A stretch of 64,000 bases of DNA from the human T2T-CHM13v2.0 reference genome, Homo sapiens: NCBI RefSeq assembly GCF_009914755.1, contig NC_060939.1. One strand, given 5' to 3'. Shown one piece after another: positions 1 through 13,399 of this stretch. Numbering within the stretch: the first letter of the stretch is position 1; each line of letters starts with the position of its first letter. The notes beneath the pieces were generated by a model, which saw nothing but the letters and a program-made list of their open reading frames with translations, did not search any database and had not been told where the DNA came from. Both the position numbers and the translations under genes were made by a program.

Positions 1-482
1 TTATTCCCATAGTAATACTGACCGACAAACTACCCCAAAACTCAGTGGCTTAAAGTGATAATTATTTAATCTTATTTAAGAATCTGGAAATCAGTTGGAA
101 GGGGCTGATCTCAGTGGGGCTTAGCTGGACTTGATGCCAAGCTGCATGTTGGATCCATGTCTGCTACACATCCCTCATTGTCCTGCTACCAGTGGACAAT
201 CTAGTATATGGTCTTTCACCACAGTAACACAAGAGCAATAGAGTGAGCCCAACTGTGTGAGCACATTTTAAACCTCTTCTTCTATTATATTTGCTTAAGT
301 CCCCTTAACTAAAGACATAGCTGAGCCCAAACTAAAGGGTTAGCAAAGTGTACTCAGCCACCATGAAACCAAAACAAGTCACATGGCCAGGTCCAACATC
401 AGTGAAGTGGCCAAGTATATTCATTTCATGAAATTGGGTAGGAAAGAGGGAGTGAATATTTGCCTAAAAGTAATCCACCACA
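1..482 (-). mobile_element. ERVL-MaLR LTR, old MLT1 (J/K/L-like)
   Basis: Begins with the reverse complement of the MLT1 3' end (caaactaccccaaaactcagtggcttaa) and contains aagtcacatggccaggtccaacatca. Confidence 0.7.
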
Positions 483-494
483 TATGCCTTTCCA

Positions 495-810
495 CCCCCA
501 TTTGAATTGCTCACCTTGAACCAGCCTCACCGGTTTTTTTGTTTGTTTGTTTTCAGTTCTTCAAACAGGACAAGCTCTTTCATACCTCAAGACATTTGAA
601 AATGTAATTCCATCAAGCTCTAAGTCTTTGCAGAGCTGTTCTTCCTAATTTTAACTTAAATATCGATTCCTCAGGTCTTTTGTGAAGACATTAGTAGGTG
701 ATAACCTCCTGTGATTCTCTCAGCATCTTGTTTCTTCATAGCATTTATATCAGTTTGTTATATTTTTTTACTAGCTTTGGAATCTGTCTTCCCTACTAGA
801 CTGAGTTTTT
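495..810 (+). mobile_element. L2 3' remnant
   Basis: ttcttcaaacaggacaagctc...tctgtcttccctactagactgag resembles the L2 3' region. Confidence 0.5.
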
Positions 811-2212
811 CTTCCATTTTTCATATCGTTTGCAATTTTAGCTCCTATTTGCAATTAATAACCGAGAAGCAGGAGGATGCAACTCAGAAGCAGAGTCAAG
901 AGTTTGCAAAGGTGCACATGCAGCTGAAATTCTACAGTTGCCCAATTCTCATTATTTCCAAGAAGATTCTTGCCTCCAGTATGAGCTTTCCTTCCTGAAT
1001 TTGGCCCTTGCTTCTTCATTTTACTAGGGTCTAATAAGTTAACCCCTTTGCCCTGCCTTCTCTTTTGAGGATATTTCCTCTTAAGTTGTGAGATATTCCA
1101 GGTCCTCTACCAGACAGCAGTTCATAAAAGCTTCCCCCTAGTAAGTCACCAGTAACCCACACAATCAGCCTCCTTTCCTCTGCTCTCTGAGCTGCTCTTT
1201 GGTCCATACACACTGGATACTGGCAGAGCTATGGCCAAAGCCAGGCCTCTTGTCTACCACTGTGGAACTCTTTCTTGGGATGGAAAACATCCTAAATGCT
1301 AGGTCAGTTTATACCAAGGCTTCACTCAGCTCTAAATAAGTCCTGATAGTAATGAGTCTTCCAGCTTCCTGCTGGAGCTTATGTGATGGTTCCAAGGATC
1401 AATCCATCAGACAATGGTTCCTATTACTGCTTAAAAGACAATGTCAAGCAGACTGAGGAGAGGTGACTCTGTCTAACTGGAGTACTTCGGTTTCCAGTTG
1501 GCTGGAAATTATTACTGAATTGCAATAAACTCACACTGACTGGAATGACCTATCAACACTAAATTGAACTGCACATTTCACAAAGAGGCCCAAGATGAAA
1601 TTTAGGGACAGAAACAACTATTGATTTTTTTTTTTTTTTGTAAGAGGAGTGAAACTAGCTATTGTATGATTTCTACACAAATGCATTTTTTGCTGAATGT
1701 TTCTTGTGGGAGTCTCTACTGAAGTATGCAAGGGTCATTAGAATAAAGGCTAGATTTTTTGAAAAGAAAGAAAGACAAGTTTGATAGTTGGTACATTTTT
1801 AGAAAAATTGGAATTGGAACCACCAGCTATTCATATTTACACTTTCCCCCACCTCTGTTCCCTCAATATCTCTCTCTTCATAGATATATTTACTCCCTAA
1901 AATGCATCTTAAAAACACCACCATATGCTTCCCTGGGCTCACACTTAATTCCCAACACCCACCCCCTTTGCCATCCTTCTCTATCCAGTTTTTTAAAAAA
2001 CTGTAAAACTACTGTCCCTGAAGAATCTCATTGCCTGTTTATTAAAGGTGCTGTTGTCACCATTTCCACCAACCACTCGTTCACAACTGAAGTTCCTCAT
2101 CTGAAACATAGGGCACAGAAAACGATCTGAATGACAGTTTTCTCAGTTCTTCTGAGGATGGCACATAACTAGTACCATTCTAGTTGCACAGAAGAAAAAT
2201 TTACTGCAAACA

Positions 2213-2731
2213 AAGGATGCCAGAATAATGGCCTCCCCCCGCCAAAGATATTCACTTCCTAATCTCTGGAACTATAAATCTGTTACTGTATATGGCAGAA
2301 GGGACTTTGAAGATGTGATTAAATTGAGGATCCTGAGGTAGGGAGATGATCCTGGATTACCTGGGTGAGCTCAGTCTAATCACATGTGTTTTTATAAATC
2401 AAAGAAGGAGACAGGAGGGTCAGGGTCAGAGGCAGGGACAGATGTGAGTATGCTATGCTGCTGGCTTTGAAGACGGAGGAAGGTGAAAGATTGCCAGAAG
2501 CTGGGGAATGCAAGCAGCCTCTAGGAACTGCAGAGTGAGGAAATGAATTCCCTCTATCCCCCAGAACCTCCAAAGGGAACACAGCCCTGCTGACATCTTG
2601 AGTTAGCCCTGTGAAATTTCTGGGCTAAAATTCTGACTTCTGACTTCCAGAAGTCGAAGATAATAAATCTTGTTGGTTTTGGCCACTAACTTTGTGATAA
2701 TTTTTTATGGCAACAGCAAGAATGTAATACA
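2213..2731 (+). mobile_element. MLT1D-like solo LTR
   Basis: cagaataatggcctcccc...gggactttgaagatgtgattaa...gctggctttgaagacggagga...taataca terminus. Confidence 0.85.
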
Positions 2732-3784
2732 GATGCTCTAGAGAGTTCAGGCTTAATTCTCTGCAGAAACTCCAGTTGAGGAAGGTTGTCACCAGGAAAA
2801 CAAAGGCTTCCAATGAAAACAAGGGATATCCCCAGTTGCCATTGGCCATTCAGATAGCCACGACTTATGTCTCTAGAGAGAGACTCCTGTCCTGCAAGGA
2901 TGTTATTTAGTCCTGTTCGGGCACCTGCATGTGGCATATTGAGAACACTGCATTTCTGAATTGCTGCTAATCAAGAAGTCTTCAGTTGGCCTCTACAAAT
3001 GGCTTCGCCAGTCCCAAAGAATTGTCAATGGCAGAAATGTCTCTCTCAGGGTAGTAGGAAAACATATATGGGCATTGGAAAATTCTGGTATTTCATAAGC
3101 ATTCACAGTGGAATCTAGAACCTACATTATTCTAACATAATCACAATCTTATCCTTCAAGCATATGCATTGATCATCAAAAAAATAAATTGAAATATTCT
3201 GCAATGTCTACAGAGAGTTTTCTTGGGCTCAGCTAAAGATGCAGACTCACGATATTACCCTAGGAGATACTTGACATCATACTTACTTAAGGACCTTGAT
3301 GGGAAACCAAATATGCCAGCAGTACAACCTGAGGTATTTCTTTTCTGTGAAAGTCTTTGTGGGAATTCTGTGCAGCACAGCCCAGGTGCAAGGAGATGAG
3401 ATCCACATCAGCCAAGTGCCTAAAAGCCTCATTCCTACAAGAGCCATTATCTGTTGGGGTGACAGCAACGTAGGCATAATTTCCAGGGTCTTCACAAAGG
3501 CCATGGCAGTTACAAATTCACCACACTCAGGAAGACCCCAAGTGTGACTTCCTATCAAATATATACAGCTTATGTATAGGCCTTCCAGTGTTAATCATGG
3601 GATTTGTGTTACCATAAACAACACTGGTTAGCAGCATAGCCAACCTTAACAGGGAAACCCAGCGTGAAATTTAAATGAAGGTCAAATTCTCATGCAGAAG
3701 GGAAAAGGCTATCTTAACTCTTTACTCATAAATATGTTAGAAGTTGTCCACTTCCATGCATAACACTGCATTATTAACAATGTT

Positions 3785-4030
3785 GTCATTGTTATTCATA
3801 GCTTCTGTTTTTGAAGATGAACATTTATGTAAAGCTTTGTGCTTTATCCGCACTGGCATGTTATATAAATCTTATGGAGAAGGTATAATTAATGCTATCT
3901 TTTCATAAGGACACTGAGATTCAGAGAGGTTGAGCAAATTTCTTAAAGTCTTTTAGCAAGTGAGAGGCAGGATAGATATTTGGACCCCACTCTCCCTGGT
4001 TCTTATACCTACTCTCTTAATCAGTTTGCT
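3785..4030 (-). mobile_element. MIR SINE
   Basis: actgagattcagagaggttgagcaaatttcttaaagtc is the reverse-strand MIR core. Confidence 0.65.
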
Positions 4031-4639
4031 GTCTTCATCCTCCTGGTTGCTAAAGCCAAGCTGTAGCCCTTGTCATGGGTACATTGTCTGCATTTAGGAG
4101 GACTAGGCTCCCTCAGGACTTGGGTAGCTTTCTTGGTCTATCATAGTCCACATAGCCAGTTTCATTAGCTAAAGAGGGCATTTGCTCTGTAATAAATGTG
4201 CCCATAAAACAAAGAATGAATTTGCACATGCTTAGTTTCTCAAACTGAAATGGGCTATCTTTAATGGTTTACAAAAAAAGAAAAGAAAAAGAAAAGAGCT
4301 GGGGACATTCAAACACTTGAGCAGTTTACAATGGTCTTTTCTCAATTACATTTAATACTTAGTACAACTTTGCAACCAGAATGCAGACAGATTCTGAAGA
4401 GTGCTGGATTCGTATCAAAAGAGAGTGGCGAATTAGTTGGGGAGAACAGCCTTTAACTTCATGTGCAAAGGAAGACTTGAATGTGGAGGTAGTGAGGGTC
4501 AACGGTATTCACTAATCACTTCCCTCACAAAAAAGGCTGCTTTCAGTTCTTGCTGACATCAGTGGGAATCCTAAATCCCTCCAGAGCATTTCAGCCGATT
4601 CCTTTCACAGCAGGATCACTACTGTTTCACCTCACTTTT

Positions 4640-4950
4640 GAAATTCTGCAGTCTTCACTAGCCATTTGCTGGAGTTATAAATGATTGTCTGTCTAAATCA
4701 ACAAGTGGTAAATCTCCTTTAGTTATAATTTGATTTAAATTAGCTTACCTTGGGAAGCAGACCGCCACACGTGCAAATTACCATAAACAGCAGTCCTCTT
4801 TGACGATTTACATAATTAAATGGGAGAATATTAAGACATTATGTGAAGTGGCAACCTATGATGCCTTTTTTTTTAAGTGAAGAATAGGGTAATTCTTCAC
4901 TTCCCTGTTGTCATTTTATACCAAAGCAAACCTCATTGTGATCTCTGTGG
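4640..4950. promoter_or_regulatory. Candidate conserved enhancer (homeobox/E-box cluster)
   Basis: Repeat-free block with CACGTG 4768-4773, CCATAAA 4781, TGATTTAA 4731, TAATTAA 4813 and three retained CpGs. Confidence 0.4.
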
Positions 4951-5839
4951 TCTTAGAGATACATTTTTCTGAGATGCCATGTCCCCAAATATATGCAGCT
5001 TTCCTGGACAGTTTTAAAAACTGAGAAATGAGGAAATTCCCAAATACATAAAGGTATATCTGATCTATAAGATTGCATACACAATAGGTATTTTGAAATG
5101 CAGAAAACTAAAAAAGACAAAGTGCTTCAATTAGTTGTACTTTGGAAAATACATTATACTACACTGTTCTAACAAGCACAGTGAGGGGGAAGAGATTTTC
5201 TTCAAAGAGTACTCTTGGGATTTCAAAAACACTTCTGCTTTTGGGGACTGAGAGTTTTAAAATGTCATTGGAAAGTTGTGAAATTTAACATGCAAAATCT
5301 TCAGTGGCTTTGTCAATAGAGAAATCAAATGAAATAGTCTAATCCTATGGAACAGAGCAAGCCCTGGTTTTCAAACCAGAAGGCTGTGCTTAAGACATTT
5401 ACTGTACATCATTTTTCTTTTTCAATCATTTCATGGATTGTTGGAAAGACCCTTCGTTAATTATTGAGTGGTGTAAATATAACGCATTATTTTGAAAGGA
5501 AAAGAAAACATTTGGGTGTCATCACCTGCTTCTCTGGAGAATACACATAGTCAAGAGACGACCTGTCCAGCAGGCAGGAGCTATCATGTGGAGAAATGCC
5601 CTAATGCAATGGTATCCTCCAAGTCCACCACCAGGCAAGCTATACCAGTGGTCCTGGAAGACAAAGACCAAATGCTGATATTCAAATCAACTTAAAACAC
5701 ACAGAAGAAAGCAAGGAGCATAGAAATGCAGTAGGTTCGTATACCTAGCATAGAGGGCAGGCACAGTGTAAGGGTCACTTCACCTACATCTCATTTGTAC
5801 AATATTCATATACAGGATCAGCTACTCAATATATGGAGC

Positions 5840-6219
5840 TGTTGTAGATTGCATGTTTGCATCCCTCCAGAATTCATATGTCAAATTAACTCCCAATGTG
5901 ATATTAGTAGGAGATGGGGCCTTTGAGAGGTAATAAGAATCAGATGATGTCTTGAGGGTGGAGCTTCATGATGAAATTCATGGTTTTATAAGAAGAGGAA
6001 GAGACACCAGCAAACACCAGAGCTTTTTTTGTCTCCCATGTGAGGACAGAGCAAGAAGGCAACCCTCTGCAAGCCAGGAGGAGAGCCCTCACCAAAACCC
6101 GACCGTGCTGGCACCTGATCTTGGACTTCCAGTCTCCAGGACTATAGGAAATAAATGTCTGTTACTTAAGCCACCCAGTCTATGGTATTTTGTTACGGCT
6201 GCTCAAGCTGACTAAGTTA
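5840..6219 (+). mobile_element. MLT1A/MLT1A0-like solo LTR
   Basis: tgttgtagattgcatgtttg...ggacttccagtctccagga...aagccacccagtctatggtattttgttac...gactaag; flanks GGAGC/GGGGC. Confidence 0.85.
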
Positions 6220-6224
6220 GGGGC

Positions 6225-6781
6225 TGTATTAGTCAGGGATCTCTAAAGGGACAGATTTAACAGAATAGATATATATATATATATATGAAGGGGAGTTTAT
6301 TAGGAGAATTGACTCACATGATCACAAGGTGAAGTACCATGATAGGCCGTCTGCAAGCTGAGGAGCCAGGAAGCCAGTACGTGTCCCAAAATCTCAAAAG
6401 TAGGGAAGCTGACAGTACAGCCTTCAGTCTGTGGCTGAAGGCCCAAGAGCCCCTGGCAAATCACTGGTGTAAGTCAAACAGTCCAAAAGCTGAAGAACTT
6501 GGAGTCTGATGTTCAAGGGCAGGAAGCATCCAGCATGGGAGAAAGATGGAGGCCAGAAGACTTAGCCAGTCTAGTCCTTCCGCATTCCTCTGCCTGCCTT
6601 TATCCTAGCTGCACTGGCAGTTGATTGGCCCGTGCTCACCCAGATTGAGGGTGGATCTGCAGCTCCCAGTCCACTGACTCAAATGTTAATCTTCTTTGGC
6701 AACACCCTCACAGACACACACAGGATCAATACTTTACATCCTTCAGTCCAATCAAGTTGATACTTAGTATTAATCCTCACA
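6225..6781 (-). mobile_element. MLT2A (ERVL) solo LTR
   Basis: tgtattagtcagggatctcta...(TA)n...tattaatcctcaca; perfect 5-bp TSD GGGGC at 6220-6224 and 6782-6786. Confidence 0.9.
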
Positions 6782-7324
6782 GGGGCCCAGTGCAAAATTA
6801 GAATACAAAGCCTTTTGTTTAAAAAGCAGGGGGGAATGCCGGCATATTAAAGGTACTAAAATATCAAGATTGGCCTTTGATCTGTGTCTCCTTTTCTAAC
6901 ACGTGCTCCATTGTACCATCAAACCTCCCTTACAAAACACAAGTTCAAAGAAAAAAATTATTAAGGATATTTCAAGACCACAGAACATTACAACAAGTGT
7001 GGGGTCCTCTTGGGCCTATTTATAAGTCCCTTCTCTTCCCCATCAAGTATTTCTGCTGATGGGCTTGAACCATAGTAGAGGTTGAAGGACTGAGGAAGGA
7101 ATGGGGGAAATGGCCGGCTCTGATTTGGATACAGTTTAGAAAGCCAAGCCCTCTTAGACATCTGTGTAGACAACCTGTGGACCTTCTTAGGCCTAGGTAG
7201 TATGTGGGTTCTGTGCTCATAGTAGAGGTCAGGCTAGAAATACCAATCAGAAATTAGTCTGCATGTAGAGCTTATTTAAAGTCATAAACCAAATGAAGTC
7301 AATAGAGATATGTAGACAAGGGAG

Positions 7325-7460
7325 AGTTTTTCTCCCTAGATTGCAGGCCTTATGAGGGCAGATAGTGTCCTTTGACTCTTTTTTTTTGCAGTCCTATCAA
7401 TGAACAAAGAATCTTACATATAACAGGTGCTAAATAAGTGTTCAAGAAAGGAATAAAGGT
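7325..7460 (+). mobile_element. L2 3' end
   Basis: ccctagattgcaggccttatgagggcag...gtgctaaataagtgttc. Confidence 0.55.
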
Positions 7461-9109
7461 GTAAGCAACTAGTTATTCAAGAGTCTTATTTTTCTCTCAG
7501 AGTCTTTCTGAACTCCTTCTAATTTGGAGAGGATTTGCTTTTCCAGCAGAAATTGTACATTGATATACTATATGCATGCTTGTTAGAGGTGATTTTATTG
7601 TTTTATTTCTGTAAATAATTAACCTGTTTTCCATGCTTTCTGTGATACTAATTAAGAATATTTAGTGTGGAATAACTCATTCAGATGAAACTTCAGCATT
7701 TCCTTGCTTTGTACCGCTTGCCATTGAAGATGTTGTAACATAACTATGATGTCATATATCCATTATTTCCAGGAGCTTCATAAGCAATTTCCAGTGGCTG
7801 TTTGCTTCACTGTTTGTTGAGATTTTTTTCCTCTGGAAAAATTTCCATTGCTGTTTTTTCATTTCCTTTGGAAAGGGAAATAAAAGCAAAAATAGAATAA
7901 CAGTATCTTTCAAAATGTGCTTTATAAACAAATATGCTTATAAACCCTGGGTTCTTAAACCGCTATACAAATTGAAAGGGTGTCAGCACTCCCTCCATTC
8001 CCCAACCCCCAACACTTTCCCTAGCAAAAATCCGTAGCAGTTTCTGCCTTAAGAAAGATCATTTAATCCAAGCCATAGCATTTGTGACTTGGCTAATTAT
8101 GAAATACAATTAAAAAATGATTAAGAATTTTTCCCTTCTTAGCCAGAACTCAGGAAGTGTTCTCTTTGTTCTCACCTATTTAATCACCTTCACAGTCATT
8201 TCCAATCTAGCTTTACTCCTTTTGACATATCCCAAAATAGCCTGTTTAATTCTGGCCGGAGATGTTCTTTCTTCTTATCTGATCTGGCTCTGTCTCTGCT
8301 TTATTGGCTGCTATCAAATAAGATACCCTTTTAAACCATCTAAAATCACAGATGCCTCACTCTTGATACTATACATCTCTGGACTTCTGCTTTTCTTTGG
8401 TGAGCCTTCAGGGTAGGACCGCAGGTCGTAGGGTCTGTGTCTATGCCAATAAAATAAACAGGGTTTTGGGAGGGGGATGGTTTTGTGGGCATTTTCTTTA
8501 ACATCCTGGAAATGCTGATGAAATTCAGTTCCCACTCCCTGTGCCCCTGAGGATTCAGCTGAGAATTTTAAAGGAAGGGAGAGATTCGGTTTGGCACGGA
8601 AGAGGGAAGATATCATAAATTTAAGCATAGAAAAAAGGCATGTGTGAAGGCTCAAAAGTAGGAGAAAGGAAGTGATATCAGAAAGTGCCACAATCACTCC
8701 TTTGTCCTGGTGTCAGGTGAGATCTCTGAGTAGCTGTCATCACCCTCTCAGAAACCAACCTGATGCCTTTGCCTTTCAAACTCAGATAAGCCACTGTGAC
8801 TGTAAGGACCCTCATCCATGGAGGATGTGCACCATAATGGGAAGGAACACCGGCTCAGGAGCCACACTTCCTGAGTGAACTTCCAGCGGCATAACCTTGG
8901 TCAAGACACTTAACCTCTTTGTCCCTTAAAAAAGGCCGTCAGAATACATTACTGAAATACTGATTTGAAGATGTTTTAATCAAGATTTATGAGCCACCAC
9001 CTTGCCCAGCACTTTCACGTAAATTCTTTACATGAGAATAGTTTACAAATTCACAGGCAGTCTAAAAATATAAACTTCTATATATTTCCTCAGTTAAAAA
9101 AGAAAATCT

Positions 9110-9260
9110 CCTTTCAGTTTTTATTATTTCCCATTATTATCTGCATTTTGGAGATAAAAAACAACAACAGAAAATAAAAGAGGTTAAGTGATTTGCTCAA
9201 GGTCACATAGCTGATAATTGCAGGCCTCAAACCCACAGTGAGCTTTCTAGTCCACTGAGA
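9110..9260 (-). mobile_element. MIR SINE
   Basis: gaggttaagtgatttgctcaaggtcacatagctg. Confidence 0.7.
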
Positions 9261-10107
9261 TTCCCATGACAGCTCAGCTCCCAACAATCTGCTTGTAATC
9301 AAGTGCCAAAGCAACATTAAACTTTCCAGTTCTCTTACCAGCCACCATCCTGCTGAATCTCTCCAGAATCTTACTCCACTCAGGGCTTGATAAGTGTACA
9401 TCCACCGTCTGAACCCATCTCTTCCAAAATTCTGACTTCCTAGACTTGAATTCCTTTGACTTCCTGGCTGATGCCTTGGATCTGAATTTCTGATCCTACC
9501 AAATGTGGAGGACCAATAAAAGAGGATTTGCTTTTGGTGGCTTAAGAATATGACCTTCCACAATTATTACTTGCCATTGTCAGCCGAGAGGAACTTATGC
9601 CCCTCAGCAAGGCTGACCCTAACCAGTGTCTTATGCTGGGGAACATGTGGTTGTCCTAGCCATGGCTCTGCAAGGAGAAGCTGGGGACTAAAGGACAGAA
9701 ACAAATTCGGATGATAATTATATTATCTCACTCATTAAAGTGGACTTGTGTGAGGATGAACATCAAACAAAAGGACAGAATGTCGGAAGAAAAGACATGT
9801 GAAAGAACATCCCTGAGAGAAGAAATGGTTAGTGAGGTCAGTGAAAGCATCGATGTGTCAGGCTCACCTGGTCCCAGATTTGAGTAAACACAGGAACACA
9901 CTGCAAAGTGTTGTTGGATCCTAAATCAGAGAAAGCTTTAAATAAGAATAGTTAGAGTTTAGGTCATACACTGAGTTGTGTTTGTTTTGAATAATTTTAT
10001 TTTTATGATACCCTCCTCACCATCCTTAAGCTATTTAAGAGTTCAAGTTAGCCCTATGAAATGTTTTCCAGAATTCTAGAGACTTCATATTGGAAGATGG
10101 TGCTTTA

Positions 10108-10503
<396 letters not shown>

Positions 10504-10904
10504 TTAACATTCCTTGCAATGCTATGAGGCAGGCATTATTCCCATTTTCTTAAGAGGAAGCTGACATTTATAAGGACCTAATACAAAGTGAGAGATTATT
10601 ACAGGCTGACTGTGGTTGAGAATGCTCTGGAATTGTAGTCAGGTCTTGGTTGTCCAAGGAGTCTTTTGAACCTACTCTTCGAAGGATACTCAGTGTATCA
10701 AACAACTAGCTGTTTCTATTTAGATGGCCTGTGGCCTATTTCTAAAGCACACATACTGGCTTACTGGCTTTCATGGCAGGAGAAAGTTGTTTTCAAGACC
10801 TGTACTTAAATAAATGAGTCTGACATCATGCTGTGGGGTGAAATAATTCATACAATATCAGGCAGGCTTTTGTCAAAGAACTTCTAACAGAGACAGAACA
10901 GCCT

Positions 10905-11165
10905 GAGAATTAACGGTATAGATTCAAGAGCCAGATGTCTGGGTTTGAATCCCACTGCTGTCAATTATTAGTAGTGTAACAAATTATTTAATTTCTTTAT
11001 ACCTTCGTTTTCCCATCTGTAAAGGAAAGCTAGTAATGGTAGCCTACCTGATAGGGTTGCTGAGCAGATTAAATGAAGTAGCTTATTTAAAATACTTGAA
11101 ATCATGCCCAATAGGTAGTAAATACTCTGTAAATGTTAGCTGTTATTTTAATTATTATTATTAAC
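10905..11165 (+). mobile_element. MIR SINE
   Basis: gagccagatgtctgggtttgaatccc...cccatctgtaaa...aaatgttagctgttatt. Confidence 0.8.
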
Positions 11166-11269
11166 ATTAGTAATTCCTTTGCGTCTTACTTCTGTGTACA
11201 ATACAGTCATTTTATTTTACTCCTCAAACCTTTTTATAATCCCACATTTCTTATAGAATAAATGGTCCC

Positions 11270-11510
11270 AACTTTTATTTTTGAATGTTTGACGTGTGCC
11301 ATGCACTATGACAAGCACGTTGTCTCCTTTAATCCACAAAACAATCATAAAATGTTGGCAGTACTATTAATACCATTTTATAGATGAGAAAAAATGGGAT
11401 TTAAAGAGCTCTTTAAAATTGTCTACAATAATAAAGCTAGCAGTGGATAATTTGAAGCATAAAACCTGTTTTGTAAAACTTCAGTTCTCTAACCACTGTG
11501 TTACAATGCG
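11270..11510 (-). mobile_element. MIR SINE (tail-to-tail with the previous MIR)
   Basis: ccattttatagatgagaaa...tctctaaccactgtg. Confidence 0.7.
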
Positions 11511-11559
11511 TAACCCCTCTTCTTCCTTCCACCTGCTCACCCAATACCCATGTCTGCTA

Positions 11560-11935
11560 CTTTGTCAGCCTGCTCTCACCCAACTTCCCAAAAGTTTACA
11601 CTGTTTCCCAAGAATGCTGAGGGACTTGCAGTTCCCCATGTGCAGTAAGCTCTTCCCTGCCCAGTGACTCTGCATATGCTGTTCTCACCATTTCTAGTGC
11701 CCTTTCCACTTTGTAAATTAGGAAAGTCGCTACACGTCCTATAAAAATTGCATCAACTGTCCCCTCTGCTTTGAGGTCTTCTCTTACTTTTTAAGTCAAA
11801 GCTAGACTGTTTTGTGTCTGTGCGTTCATACCACCCGCAGCACATTTGTCCAATGTTTTTTCCTTTCTAAAATATTGTCTTCCCCACTAGACTGTGAGCC
11901 CTTCAAAAATAGTTAACTCTTACTTTTGATTGTTG
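11560..11935 (+). mobile_element. L2 remnant
   Basis: tgtcttccccactagactgtgagccctt. Confidence 0.55.
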
Positions 11936-12027
11936 CCTCCCAAGCCAGAATTGGTTTTTTAAAAGTAAACAGTTCACAAAATCTTAAGATAAACTGGTAA
12001 ATAAATAGTTCAGATTACTTCCTGAAG

Positions 12028-12220
12028 GAGCACTGTCCAATAGAATGTTCTAGGGTGATGAAAATGTTCAGTATCTGTACTGCATGGTAGCCACTAGCCA
12101 TGTGTGTTAATGAGCTCTTGAAATGTAGTTGATGCCACTGCAGAACTGGAATTTTAATTTTATTTAATTTTAAGAAATTTAAATTTAAATAGCTACTGTT
12201 TAATATGCTGGGCAGCACAG
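12028..12220. mobile_element. MER3-like hAT MITE
   Basis: gcactgtccaatagaa...ggtagccactagcca...aaatttaaatttaaatagc...gggcagcacag. Confidence 0.8.
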
Positions 12221-12639
12221 TTCTAGAGTCAAAGCTGGAGCAGCCTTTGATTGAAGGTTCTTCTTGAGTATTTCTCATCCATATTTCCTTCTCTGTTATA
12301 TAGTGTACCTTGTAGTTGTTTGAAGTCAGAGCATTGCATATGCTGGAGAGCAGAGTTCAAGATGCTGTAATGAGACAGCAATGATCTTCTATTAGGACAA
12401 TGGCTCTTCAGAGGGGAAATTTAGGCTTGTAGTGTCACTCACGTAACCACAACAGTGATTTATGTAATAGGGCTAGCAGTCTTCTCAAAGAGCATTTTCA
12501 AATTCGTAAAGGATATTTGCAGCCAGAGGAGGATATCTGTGTTGGGGCGCTTTCAGGTTCTCTGCACAGCTAATAAGTGGAAAACAACATCAGCTTCTCT
12601 TTATCTGTTTCCACTGGGCCCCTCCAGCATTGTACGTAT

Positions 12640-12835
12640 AGATCTGTTTTCCATTTGCATTATTATACTGTCATTTGTTTATGTTCTGTCTTCTCCCCAT
12701 CCTAAGTAACTTCTTTGTGAGCCAGACTTTTTTTTTTTTTTTTTTGGTTATGCATCTTTATTTCCCTAGGACTTACCATAGCATTTGACATAAGGAAAAG
12801 CGTCAATAAATGTTTGATGAATAGATAGATGAACA
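12640..12835 (+). mobile_element. L2 3' end
   Basis: Ends with tcaataaatgtttgatgaatagatagatgaa. Confidence 0.55.
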
Positions 12836-13399
12836 TTGAATCAAGGACAAGCCAACAATTCCTGGGACCTCAAGAGGCAAAGCCTCCATCATAGAGTAAT
12901 GGATATTCCAGAGGGATCTGAGCCTGCAGCACTGTTCTCACTAGGGAGGGAAACATGCAGGAACAGAATCCTGTCCTGTTCACAGCAGAATCACAAAGAA
13001 AAGCAATTATGCATTCTGGGCTAGTCCAGACAGCTAGATTGGGTAGAGGTTCAGTCAAGTTGGCGTACTATCTTGCAGTCCACCTGAGGAAGTTTGGATT
13101 TAATGAGTAGGAAGTGACAAGATGCTTTTAACAAAAGCCTTTTTTTTCCAGAATCCCTGTGTTGGCTGGAGGGCTTACCCAGCCTCCCTAGGTTTTGAAA
13201 TAAAATGGACCAGTAAATGCACAACTCTTCTTTTTTGCATAATCTCTGTTAGAAAAGAAAGGGCCCACGGAAAAAGTGCAAAAGTGAGGAGAAGACCCCA
13301 GCAATGACTGCCATGCAGACACACATGCAAACAGTGCACACATCCTAGTAGGTAGTAGAGCAAGGTAAATGATTTAATGGAATGTGAACAGGGTATCAT

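Larger units (their letters stand above)
5813..7015 (-). mobile_element. MER45-family hAT element, split by two LTRs
   Basis: caggatcagctac at 5813 rejoins ggggcccagtgcaaaat...aaaaaattattaaggatatttcaaga at 6782 onward, matching the reverse complement of MER45. Confidence 0.65.
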
